Shown: positions 8,662 to 16,436 of the stretch, piece after piece
How the letters are laid out: each line of letters starts with the position of its first letter
How positions within the stretch are numbered: position 1 is the stretch's first letter
Source of the DNA: a virus
Taxonomy: Duplodnaviria; Caudoviricetes
IMG/VR virus record: IMGVR_UViG_3300033433_000009
Location: 1-24,021 of that record
DNA: 24,021 bases
Reading direction: 5' to 3' (one strand)
Made by a program: the position numbers and the translations under genes
The notes under the pieces: model-generated
Told to the model about the DNA's origin: nothing
The model's database searches: none
The model's input: the letters and a program-made list of their open reading frames with translations, nothing else

Positions 8662-9005
8662 AATCCTGGCACCTCCACGCCGTTAGATTTCAGTGTTTCC
8701 GCAAGTTTAGTAACCAGATCAATCGCCTCGGCAATCTTGCCGGCAGCTCCATCTGTATTAATGATGTCAAGCGACTCATCGAGCAGTACGCGAGCCGAGT
8801 CAGTTCCTTTCAACACAGCCTTCGCCGCCGTCACCGAAATCTTCCCGGACTTCAGCGCCTCCGTCGTTGCTGTCCTCACTGACGCGTTTGCAGTCACGGC
8901 ATAGACATACCCCTGCTTCGGCGTTTTCGGTACTACACCGACTGAGCTGCATGCCGTAAGCAGCACCATCTGCGCGGCAAGCAGCCACGCGATAAGTTTT
9001 TTCAT
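8658..9005 (-). CDS. Lipoprotein, putative spanin component
   Basis: MKK + hydrophobic stretch + lipobox LTAC; directly after the endolysin. Confidence 0.7.
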   Translation of the reverse strand: MKKLIAWLLAAQMVLLTACSSVGVVPKTPKQGYVYAVTANASVRTATTEALKSGKISVTAAKAVLKGTDSARVLLDESLDIINTDGAAGKIAEAIDLVTKLAETLKSNGVEVPGL

Positions 9006-9484
9006 TTTACCTCCATTTTCGATTCAAAAAGCTTTCTCGCCTTGGCTCTACGACTGACCAAGCCGGGCAGACGACTTCGAGGGTTCCCGCCATATACCCA
9101 ATTGTCGATCTCCTTTGCTGCGCCACCATAATTGCCTGCATTCAGCAGCTTCAGCAGTCTCGAATCACCGAGACCCTCGGGAATCGTGTCGTCATCGATG
9201 TCAGGACCGACGTTGAACACGAAATCCACCAGTGCGTCAAACTGACCCTGCGTCAGCAACACCGTCACAAGTTCCTTCACAGCACGCTCGGCTTCCGCCA
9301 CGTCCTCATGCAGCATTTTTTCAGCCTGTAGAAGTGAGATCTTCATCCCGGCCTTTACACCCTTCGTGTGTCCCCAACCAACCGTCCAGACGCCAGACGG
9401 GCACTTGTACGAGATGAGTTGCAGGCCTTCCGACTCCTTGATCAGAGCATAGAGCGCCGGACTTGCCTGTAGATGCTTGTTCAT
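9002..9484 (-). CDS. Endolysin, GH24 (T4/P21-type) lysozyme
   Basis: SEGLQLISYKCPSGVWTVGWGHT (E-x8-C-x5-T triad), LTQGQFDALVDFVFNVG, LPGLVSRR. Confidence 0.95.
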   Translation of the reverse strand: MNKHLQASPALYALIKESEGLQLISYKCPSGVWTVGWGHTKGVKAGMKISLLQAEKMLHEDVAEAERAVKELVTVLLTQGQFDALVDFVFNVGPDIDDDTIPEGLGDSRLLKLLNAGNYGGAAKEIDNWVYGGNPRSRLPGLVSRRAKARKLFESKMEVK

Positions 9485-9903
9485 CAGTATTCGACTCCCT
9501 GAAAATTGTTATCAAAACGCCGACCAGGAGCACTCACCGAGATCCCCGCTGAACTACCAGCCTCAGGCTCGACACCCGGGATACCCAGTGACGACGGCCC
9601 GAGCTGCTCAAGCTTGCGCATCGTCAGCTTGTATGCCGACTGCACCTCCTCTGGAACTACACGTCGACGAGCGTACAGATGGTACTTTATCAACTGCATC
9701 ACCAGAGCCTTGACCGACTCCACCGACGGCAGAGGCAGAGTGTAGTACTTCGCTGCATACAACTCCAGATCACTCACCGCAGCTCGCTCCGCTGCATCGA
9801 GAACCTCGTCAGATACAGCTCCAACTCGATAATCATCAGTCAGATCGATCAGATCCTGCAGACTCATCGCGGCCAACAGATCGGATTGCGTCAGGTAATT
9901 CAT
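9484..9903 (-). CDS. Mu gp36-like head-tail connector (DUF1320)
   Basis: YLTQSDL...LIDLTD...YYTLPL...YHLYARR...AYK pattern; follows the capsid gene. Confidence 0.88.
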   Translation of the reverse strand: MNYLTQSDLLAAMSLQDLIDLTDDYRVGAVSDEVLDAAERAAVSDLELYAAKYYTLPLPSVESVKALVMQLIKYHLYARRRVVPEEVQSAYKLTMRKLEQLGPSSLGIPGVEPEAGSSAGISVSAPGRRFDNNFQGVEY

Positions 9904-9993
9904 AACACAGACTGTTAAATTGGGTGGTTACGTATGGTTAGAAACGATTTTCTCTCCAGTTCCCGACACGAACAGCCGGCACGATCTAATGAA

Positions 9994-10068
9994 GCGCCCA
10001 GAAGGGCCTTTACGGTGCAATGCATCTGAGAAGTAAAGGCCATTCGAGCGCGCCCCGATCAACGGGGC
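9994..10068. promoter_or_regulatory. Tandem stem-loops downstream of the capsid gene
   Basis: GGCCTTTAC(10005-10013)/GTAAAGGCC(10033-10041), extendable to GCGC(9994)/GCGC(10048); GCCCCG(10052)/CGGGGC(10063); no U-tract. Confidence 0.6.
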
Positions 10069-10073
10069 AATAC

Positions 10074-11039
10074 TCATCCGACCCGCAGACCTGGCAAGCA
10101 GGCAATCGAGCGATCATTGAAGCACCCTGAATCGCACTGCAGCTCGACGAGGATCTCGCTGAACACGTCGTTTGCCACCGGCTCGCCGACATACAGACCG
10201 TACGGAGTGGTCATCATGGACAGGTAAGCCTGCTCCTCGGAACGGAAGGCAAAAATTGATGAACAATTCACTGACGTGCCAAGAGTTTCAGAGAACGGCA
10301 GGTTCTCGACTCCAGCAGGGGTGTACCCGCCTCCGACTATCGGAATCCGGTCGAATTTCGTTATCTGACGGCCGAACTCATCCTCGGTTATCTGTACCGC
10401 CTGGTCGGCAATCGTTGTCAGAATCGATACGGCCTCCTCGGCCATGACGATACAGGACGCACCGCCGCCGACACTGCGGATCAGCTTCCTCAGCGCCTTG
10501 ATGAACTTCTGCTGCGACTTCACAGCAGTATCCGAGATACCATCAAGCACCTGCAGACCATTTTCCCCAAAATCGGTTAGTGTCTGCGTGGCAGGTAGTC
10601 CAGCACAGAGTACCCTGAGCCCGTCGAACTGCTTGGAATCCACTGAATGGTTGCCGTTGATCACATACCCCATGAACTCCTTTCCGAGGTTTCCGGAAAA
10701 CGATTTCAGGTTTCGCACCAGGGCAGTGGCGACCGGATCGGAACCGCCAGAAAGCACACCTCGACGGCTACGGGCACCGTCTGCCCGAACCTGCTTACCG
10801 AAAATCTTCAGCAGGAAATCTGTTGTGCTGTCACTGGCCGTTTTCTTTCCCTGATAGGCCGTGTCGAGCTGACGGAACTCGCCCTGCGACACGAGATTTG
10901 TGTCATGGTTCAGCGAAGCACCTCCACCAGCCTCGACGAAGAAATGCAGAAAAGAGCCGAGTGGAAAGTTTTTTTTGAACTCGGTTATCGCCAGCTTTGC
11001 GTTTGAGCTGGACGTATTGGATATCTGATCAATAAGCAT
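10074..11039 (-). CDS. Major capsid protein (B3/BcepMu-type, HK97 fold inferred)
   Basis: 321 aa after the protease/scaffold; FRQLD, LKIFG..V.AD, KQFDGL, FGRQITKF, SSIFAFR motifs; strong GGAGG SD. Confidence 0.88.
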   Translation of the reverse strand: MLIDQISNTSSSNAKLAITEFKKNFPLGSFLHFFVEAGGGASLNHDTNLVSQGEFRQLDTAYQGKKTASDSTTDFLLKIFGKQVRADGARSRRGVLSGGSDPVATALVRNLKSFSGNLGKEFMGYVINGNHSVDSKQFDGLRVLCAGLPATQTLTDFGENGLQVLDGISDTAVKSQQKFIKALRKLIRSVGGGASCIVMAEEAVSILTTIADQAVQITEDEFGRQITKFDRIPIVGGGYTPAGVENLPFSETLGTSVNCSSIFAFRSEEQAYLSMMTTPYGLYVGEPVANDVFSEILVELQCDSGCFNDRSIACLPGLRVG

Positions 11040-11070
11040 AAGTCAGTCCTCCGTTGTTGATAAAAATATT

Positions 11071-11111
11071 ACCTCCCCGCATCACCGCGCACAGATGACG
11101 GGCGGGGAGGT
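11071..11111. promoter_or_regulatory. GC-rich stem-loop between the protease and capsid genes
   Basis: 10-bp perfect inverted repeat ACCTCCCCGC / GCGGGGAGGT. Confidence 0.7.
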
Positions 11112-11148
11112 GCGGCATCATGCATCATGGTTGTATTTCTGCTAAGCT

Positions 11149-11589
11149 TTACCGAGTGCTGCCCTTGGCAAGACTCTCGCTCGTCTCCTCGACTGCTCGA
11201 TCCTCCAGCGATCTCTTATCATCGCCGTCGGCATTGGCACCGACGCCATACGTCGCCACCTCGCCGAACACCACAACTGGCTTTGCCGCCGACAGGAGTT
11301 CCCTGAACAAGTCGAATGAACTCTTTTCGATCGTCGTCCCGTCGGCCGCCGCGAACGTCCTCGGCTTCAGTGCCTTCAAGTCCTCAAGGATACCCTCGAC
11401 CTGCTCGCGCATCGACCCCGGCACTCGGTCAGCAATGCCGTCCAGGAAAACCTTGATCTTGCGCTTGCTCTCACTATCTTCCAGATCAGCCGCCCGTCTT
11501 TGGGCATCGTCACGCTGCGTTTTCAGCGAAGCATTCTCCGCCTCGAGCGCATCAAGCCGGGCGAGTTTGTTTTTTGTCTCTTCGTCCAT
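11149..11589 (-). CDS. Possible nested in-frame scaffold (Mu gpZ-like)
   Basis: Met of MDEETKNKLARLDALE follows a disordered linker; Mu Z is nested in I; no clear SD. Confidence 0.4.
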   Translation of the reverse strand: MDEETKNKLARLDALEAENASLKTQRDDAQRRAADLEDSESKRKIKVFLDGIADRVPGSMREQVEGILEDLKALKPRTFAAADGTTIEKSSFDLFRELLSAAKPVVVFGEVATYGVGANADGDDKRSLEDRAVEETSESLAKGSTR

Positions 11590-12285
11590 ATCAGTTTGAG
11601 TTGAGTTATCGGAAAAATGGTTGCCCACTGAATCGCCCGACGGTTCATCGTCCGGCAGAGGAGAGCCAATCGACTCGATCAGATACGCCGGCACCTGCTT
11701 GTCTGCCTCCTCGACAGACGACTGCTCGATGATACGCTCCCGCATCCGGCGCATCCAGTCCGCGATATCAGACATTTTCCACTGCAGAGAACTCCGCAGT
11801 ATCGAGCCGAACGCAGCCCGCACCGGATGGTCAAGCTCGGACGACGAAAACATGACCTCCATTTCACCGGCGGAAGCCTGCTCGCCAGCCTCAGAGAATA
11901 CGTTCCCAAGCCCCTTGACCGCCGGCTTCGGCACCAGACCGAGATGAACGATCTCGTCATCCTTTCCGAGCCCGACAGACACCTTGTCGAGCCCGCGACC
12001 CTTGAGCGCCGGAATGGCTGCCTCCGCAAACGTCAGAGGCATGATATCGATACCTACCTCACCACTCGGCAACTCGCGAAGCTGTAACGAGTCACGATCA
12101 GCAAACCCGAAAATTGGCAGATGATCAGACGGATGAAGAAGGGTATACGGAATCCGTGAGGGCGACAACCGTTTCGATACATCGAGCACCCCACGCACTC
12201 GTGATGCCGGCCATACCTGGTCGCCCTCGTTGGTATGAATGCCGCTCTTGAACACAAGATGACGGCCGAAAGATGGTTTTGCCAT
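11149..12285 (-). CDS. Prohead protease/scaffold, Mu gpI-like
   Basis: VFKSGIH, IPYTLLHP (His), DKVSVG (Ser), HLGLVPKPAVKGL; acidic coiled-coil C-terminal half. Confidence 0.88.
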   Translation of the reverse strand: MAKPSFGRHLVFKSGIHTNEGDQVWPASRVRGVLDVSKRLSPSRIPYTLLHPSDHLPIFGFADRDSLQLRELPSGEVGIDIMPLTFAEAAIPALKGRGLDKVSVGLGKDDEIVHLGLVPKPAVKGLGNVFSEAGEQASAGEMEVMFSSSELDHPVRAAFGSILRSSLQWKMSDIADWMRRMRERIIEQSSVEEADKQVPAYLIESIGSPLPDDEPSGDSVGNHFSDNSTQTDMDEETKNKLARLDALEAENASLKTQRDDAQRRAADLEDSESKRKIKVFLDGIADRVPGSMREQVEGILEDLKALKPRTFAAADGTTIEKSSFDLFRELLSAAKPVVVFGEVATYGVGANADGDDKRSLEDRAVEETSESLAKGSTR

Positions 12286-12469
12286 TGGCGGAATAAAACT
12301 GGTTCAAACTGGTCAAACAGGGGTATCTCCCCTCGAATTACCAGCAACTTACCCGACGGTTACCCGCCGTTTAAACAATTCTATTTCATTGAATCGCATT
12401 CATTTAATAATCAATGCATGCTCAATGTAAGTTGTCCGGTGAAGAGCCAGACAAACCATCAACGACGAT
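12286..12469. promoter_or_regulatory. Divergent late promoter region with candidate Mor/C-type operator
   Basis: AT-rich spacer between divergent operons; CAACTTAC(12345-12352)/GTAAGTTG(12427-12434) inverted pair centred on TTCATTGAA(12385-12393); dyad TGAAT-CGC-ATTCA (12390-12402). Confidence 0.6.
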
Positions 12470-12877
12470 ATGATCCTTATCCTTTTTGCGACCACCGAGG
12501 CCGCCTCCACGATTCCGGTTACGACGGAAATGAATGAGCTTGCCGCGCAGCTCGGCATTGCTACGCTGCTCTTCTTCGGCCTGATCACCATCGCCACCGT
12601 GCTCATCCTCTATATCCGTAGTCAGTCCCGTGAGGCTGAAAAGCGGATCGAGACCAACCGCCAGACCTACGACAAGATCATCGAGACCATCCGCACTGAC
12701 AGGGAGCACGATCAGCAAATTTTGTTGGGCGCCCTCGAGGATAACCGGGAACAGATCGCTGTCGTCAGCAAAGCCGTCGAATCGATGAAGGCACAGAGCC
12801 AGGCAATCAACGTCCTCCTCGACAAAACCTCGCGCCTCCTCGAGACGCGCTGCATCCACCAGATGAACAAACCATGA
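12470..12877 (+). CDS. Single-TM coiled-coil protein (Mu gp25-like position; holin candidate)
   Basis: LGIATLLFFGLITIATVLILYI TM followed by a coiled coil; alternative start at 12530. Confidence 0.6.
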   Translation: MILILFATTEAASTIPVTTEMNELAAQLGIATLLFFGLITIATVLILYIRSQSREAEKRIETNRQTYDKIIETIRTDREHDQQILLGALEDNREQIAVVSKAVESMKAQSQAINVLLDKTSRLLETRCIHQMNKP

Positions 12878-13119
12878 ACCATATCCGACTACAAAAAAAA
12901 GGCCAGCTCTCTGACCTTGAGGCGCGACGAAAGAATCTTATCATCAAGGCCGACAACCAGCTCATCATCATCCTGCAGAAAGCCTACACCGATGGTGACT
13001 CTGGCAGCATCGATAGCCTTGGCCTGAAAACAGCCGCCGACGAACTGCACGAGATCGTCGTTGAAATTGGTGTCATCGACACCCAGATCAATAAGCTCCG
13101 CGACGAGCTGTATAGCTGA
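12874..13119 (+). CDS. Hypothetical coiled-coil protein (Mu gp26 position)
   Basis: 81 aa, ATGA overlap with the upstream gene; precedes the small terminase. Confidence 0.7.
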   Translation: MNHIRLQKKGQLSDLEARRKNLIIKADNQLIIILQKAYTDGDSGSIDSLGLKTAADELHEIVVEIGVIDTQINKLRDELYS

Positions 13120-13135
13120 TACTGATACTGATACT
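13116..13135 (+). repeat. Hexamer tandem repeat (CTGATA)x3.3
   Basis: CTGATACTGATACTGATACT, spanning the stop at 13117-13119 and ending just before ATG 13136. Confidence 0.9.
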
Positions 13136-13567
13136 ATGGCCAAGAAAGCCCAATACTACCAGATCGCCGAACAACTGTTCGTCTACGACCACCTGAGCGT
13201 TGCCGACATCGCTGAGCAGCTCCCCGTCAGTGAACGCACCATCGGCGACTGGAGGCGAGACGGAAACTGGGACGCCCGGCGCGATCAGACCGTCGCCCTG
13301 CAAACCTCAACGACTGAGAAGCTCCACAAGCTCGTCGACAAGCTCATTGACAACACGGTCTCCAGCATTGAAGGCGGGACAGAGCCTTCACAATCACAGC
13401 TCTACCTCATCGGCAAGCTGACCCCGGCACTTATCCGGATGCAGAAGTTCGAAGAGACCGTCACGACCACCAAACCAGCCGCCGGCGTTACCGAAGAGAC
13501 ACTTTCTCAACAGAAGCAGGTACTCCAGGAGATGCAGGAAACGCTCATAAGGCTCGGCCTGGCATGA
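13136..13567 (+). CDS. Terminase small subunit (N-terminal HTH, DUF1804-like)
   Basis: MAKKAQYY..AEQLFV...SVADIAEQLPVSERTIGDWRRDGNWD HTH; overlaps the terL start; start moved from 13061. Confidence 0.8.
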   Translation: MAKKAQYYQIAEQLFVYDHLSVADIAEQLPVSERTIGDWRRDGNWDARRDQTVALQTSTTEKLHKLVDKLIDNTVSSIEGGTEPSQSQLYLIGKLTPALIRMQKFEETVTTTKPAAGVTEETLSQQKQVLQEMQETLIRLGLA

Positions 13568-15114
13568 CCCGGAAAGCCATACATCCCGAGGAGCTTGCTG
13601 GCCACTCGAAAGTGGTCGAGTCGAAAGTCTTCCTGAAATATCAGCAAGAGGTAATTGACGACGAGCACATCGCCCAGTTAGTCGAGAAGGGGAGGCAGGA
13701 AGGATTGTCCTGGGCACTCGCCTACAAGTCCCAGAAATGGACTGGCAAGGAGGGGCGATACTCGACCTACTTCGCCACCAAGACCAAGATTTTGGCCAAA
13801 CAATTTATACAGGACACCGCCAACTGGGCCAAACTCGACCGGCTTATCAAGAGCGTCTCCGACAGCACCTTCGAGAGCAGCGTCAAGGTAGAGAATGCCG
13901 ATGGCAAGGAGATCGACGTCAGCACCTACGGGATCCGCTTTGCAAACGGCCTTGAAATCGTCGCTCTCTCCAGCAACGCAGACGCCTTTCGCGGCTGGCG
14001 CGGCTACAAGATTGCAGACGAATTTGCCATCCACAAGCAACAGTCCGAGATGCTCGACTCTATCCTTCCATCGAGGATGTGGCGATTCCCGTTTACCCTC
14101 TGCAGCACGCACAAAGGCAAGAACAGCGAATTCAACAAGCTGATCGTCAAGTTCAAGAAAGGAGTTCTTGGAGACGACTGGAACCTGATCTCCATTACCA
14201 TTGACCGAGCAGTCGAAGAGGGCTTGCTCGAAAAAATCTACAAGCGTCCATTCACACCTGAAGAACGCAAAGCCTGGATTGCCAACCTCGAACGAGAGGA
14301 AGGTGTTCGAAGAATGAATCAGGAATACCGATGCATTCCTGAAGACGAAGCAGGATCCTTTTACAGCTATGACCTGATCGTCTCATGTGAATACGACGAG
14401 GCTTTGTTTTTTTCGGACGACGGCGTCAGAAAATTTACCGGCCAAGGTCAAGAACAAGAAGCCATTGCCTGGTTTAAAAAGGTTGCCTTTGCCGTTGAAA
14501 TACTCGGCACAGGAGCCTTTTATCTCGGTATGGACATCGGTCGTAAAGTCAACTACACCGTGCTTGCTCTTATTGAGGTAGTAGCCGGCATCCGTATCGT
14601 TCGTGCCATCGCCGCCCTCGACGACTTCCGATACCAGGCACAACAGGACTGCGCATCAATCTGGATCAAGACACGGCGATTCCATCGAGTCTGTGTGGAC
14701 AACCGAGGTATGGGCAACGAAACCGGTGAGCGCCTCCAGGAGCAGCACGGGGAATACGCCGTCGAACGCATTGACGCCACCAACAAGCTTAAAGAAATCT
14801 TTGCCTACGCCTGTCTGCGCCTCATGCTCGACAAGTTGCTCAGATTTCCGTCAGACGACACCGTCCGAGACGACTTTCACAGCATCAGAAAAGAAACTAC
14901 CGACTCCGGAAACACCCGCTACGTCGCAGGAACCAACGACAGCGATGAAAACAGTCACGGTGACTTCTACACTGCGATCTCGCTCGGTGTGCATGCCGCC
15001 GAAGGATCAATCGTCAGCCTCGACACTCTCATCGAGGCCGCCGAATCCAGCTCTGCAGGATACCCCAGCCTTGGAGACTCGCTCCTCGACCAACTCAGAC
15101 AGTTCCACTCATGA
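13564..15114 (+). CDS. terL: Terminase large subunit, Mu gp28-like
   Basis: Q motif LKYQQ, Walker A-like EKGRQEGLSW, Walker B IADEFA, motif III CST, nuclease GMDIGR, D..GMG, HGD. Confidence 0.95.
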   Translation: MTRKAIHPEELAGHSKVVESKVFLKYQQEVIDDEHIAQLVEKGRQEGLSWALAYKSQKWTGKEGRYSTYFATKTKILAKQFIQDTANWAKLDRLIKSVSDSTFESSVKVENADGKEIDVSTYGIRFANGLEIVALSSNADAFRGWRGYKIADEFAIHKQQSEMLDSILPSRMWRFPFTLCSTHKGKNSEFNKLIVKFKKGVLGDDWNLISITIDRAVEEGLLEKIYKRPFTPEERKAWIANLEREEGVRRMNQEYRCIPEDEAGSFYSYDLIVSCEYDEALFFSDDGVRKFTGQGQEQEAIAWFKKVAFAVEILGTGAFYLGMDIGRKVNYTVLALIEVVAGIRIVRAIAALDDFRYQAQQDCASIWIKTRRFHRVCVDNRGMGNETGERLQEQHGEYAVERIDATNKLKEIFAYACLRLMLDKLLRFPSDDTVRDDFHSIRKETTDSGNTRYVAGTNDSDENSHGDFYTAISLGVHAAEGSIVSLDTLIEAAESSSAGYPSLGDSLLDQLRQFHS

Positions 15115-16406
15115 TCCTCGACAAATACGGCAATCCCATGCTCAGCACTGCGCCGCCACAGACCGGAGACGTCGCAACAAACTCCCTCGTCGAAGGGCTT
15201 CTCGCCATCAGTGAGGCTATGCCAAACCCAAGCACGACCCTCAAAACCATCGGCAAAATTATCGACGCCTTCGACCAGACACAGGCGCATCCCGACGTTG
15301 CGTCTGCCAGTGGCAACTTCCACGACGGCATCAAAGCTCTAACCTGGGACCTTAGCCAATCCACCCAGGAAGGTCCCCGTTCCGCCTGGCTCAAAGCAGC
15401 ATTCGAGCCGATCGACATTCCCGAGGCATGCAGCAGCTTCGTCTCCGCCCGCGAGTACGGCTACACCGTCTGCGAGGTGCTCTGGTACAAAGACGGCTCG
15501 ACCACGCTGCCGTACAAGATCGTTGAGAAGCCCCGCAAGTGGTTTAAGTTCGACAACTGCGGAAAGCTCCTCCTCATCACCAAGGAGAAGCCCAACGGCA
15601 TCGTTGTCGACGAAGCCTGGCCGCGAAAGTTTCTCGTCGTTCAGCATAAACCGACCTACCTCAATCCTTACGGCAAAGGACTGCTTGACACAATCTACTG
15701 GTACGTCCAGGGACTCTACAGCAATTTTGAATGGCATCTCCAGTTTTTGGAAGATGACGGGTCAGACCACTGGATCGCCTACGTCAACAAAGACGCTGAC
15801 CAAGGGTATATAAACCGAGTCCAGGCGGCCATATCGACCCTGCGCCGCCGTGGTGTCTGCGTGCTTTACGACGGAGTCAAGGCGGAACAACGCGAAAATA
15901 AAGGGCGAAAAAGCAGCAGTGACGTCTACCTCGCATTCGAGACGTCAGTCATCACGAAAATAAACAAGCTGTGGCTTGGCACTGACTTGAGTATGCAGCT
16001 CAACGACGTCGGAGCCCGCGCAAGCTCCGAAACAGGAGCCGATATCCGAGGCGAAGCCCTCTCCAGCGGTAAAAAGCTCGCCGAGAACGCGATGAACCAG
16101 CTCATCCGCTGGATCCTCGAAATCAACAAGGTTCCCGGCAGCGATACCGAGCAGATCAACTTTGTCCTCTCAAAGACTGCGCTCAGCACTAAAGAGCAAG
16201 CCGATATTGACAACACCTACTCGACCGCCAGTGGGATGAAAATTACCGAGCAGCTCCTTACCCGCAGGGGCTACGAGCCCGGCGACTTTGAGCCGGCAAT
16301 CCCGGCAACACCGACAACAACCTTCGCTTCACGACCGGAGTCTGGATACGGCAGCGGACTCGACAGTCTCCTCAACGCCACGGAGGACCGCAAAAAAAAA
16401 GCATGA
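15111..16406 (+). CDS. Portal protein, Mu gp29-like (DUF935)
   Basis: YGYTVCEVLW, KFLVVQH, NPYGKGLL, INKLWLG.DL, GARA motifs; follows terL. Confidence 0.92.
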   Translation: MILDKYGNPMLSTAPPQTGDVATNSLVEGLLAISEAMPNPSTTLKTIGKIIDAFDQTQAHPDVASASGNFHDGIKALTWDLSQSTQEGPRSAWLKAAFEPIDIPEACSSFVSAREYGYTVCEVLWYKDGSTTLPYKIVEKPRKWFKFDNCGKLLLITKEKPNGIVVDEAWPRKFLVVQHKPTYLNPYGKGLLDTIYWYVQGLYSNFEWHLQFLEDDGSDHWIAYVNKDADQGYINRVQAAISTLRRRGVCVLYDGVKAEQRENKGRKSSSDVYLAFETSVITKINKLWLGTDLSMQLNDVGARASSETGADIRGEALSSGKKLAENAMNQLIRWILEINKVPGSDTEQINFVLSKTALSTKEQADIDNTYSTASGMKITEQLLTRRGYEPGDFEPAIPATPTTTFASRPESGYGSGLDSLLNATEDRKKKA

Positions 16407-16436
16407 CGGCCGCCGAGGAGTACCTTCGAGCGGCCG
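16392..16436 (+). promoter_or_regulatory. Candidate -1 frameshift cassette (A9 run + 6-nt spacer + stem-loop) joining portal to gpF
   Basis: AAA AAA AAA GCA TGA; the -1 frame AAA AGC ATG enters gpF; hairpin CGGCCGC(16407-16413)...GCGGCCG(16430-16436) with inner CGAGG/CCTTCG pairing. Confidence 0.55.

Noticed and set aside
12893-12900. Other homopolymer runs (A8 here; T-runs near 2412, 3647, 20714; A-run near 19762) as frameshift sites
   Set aside because: They encode ordinary Lys/Phe runs, and I saw no adjacent stimulatory stem or useful alternative-frame fusion, unlike the portal/F site
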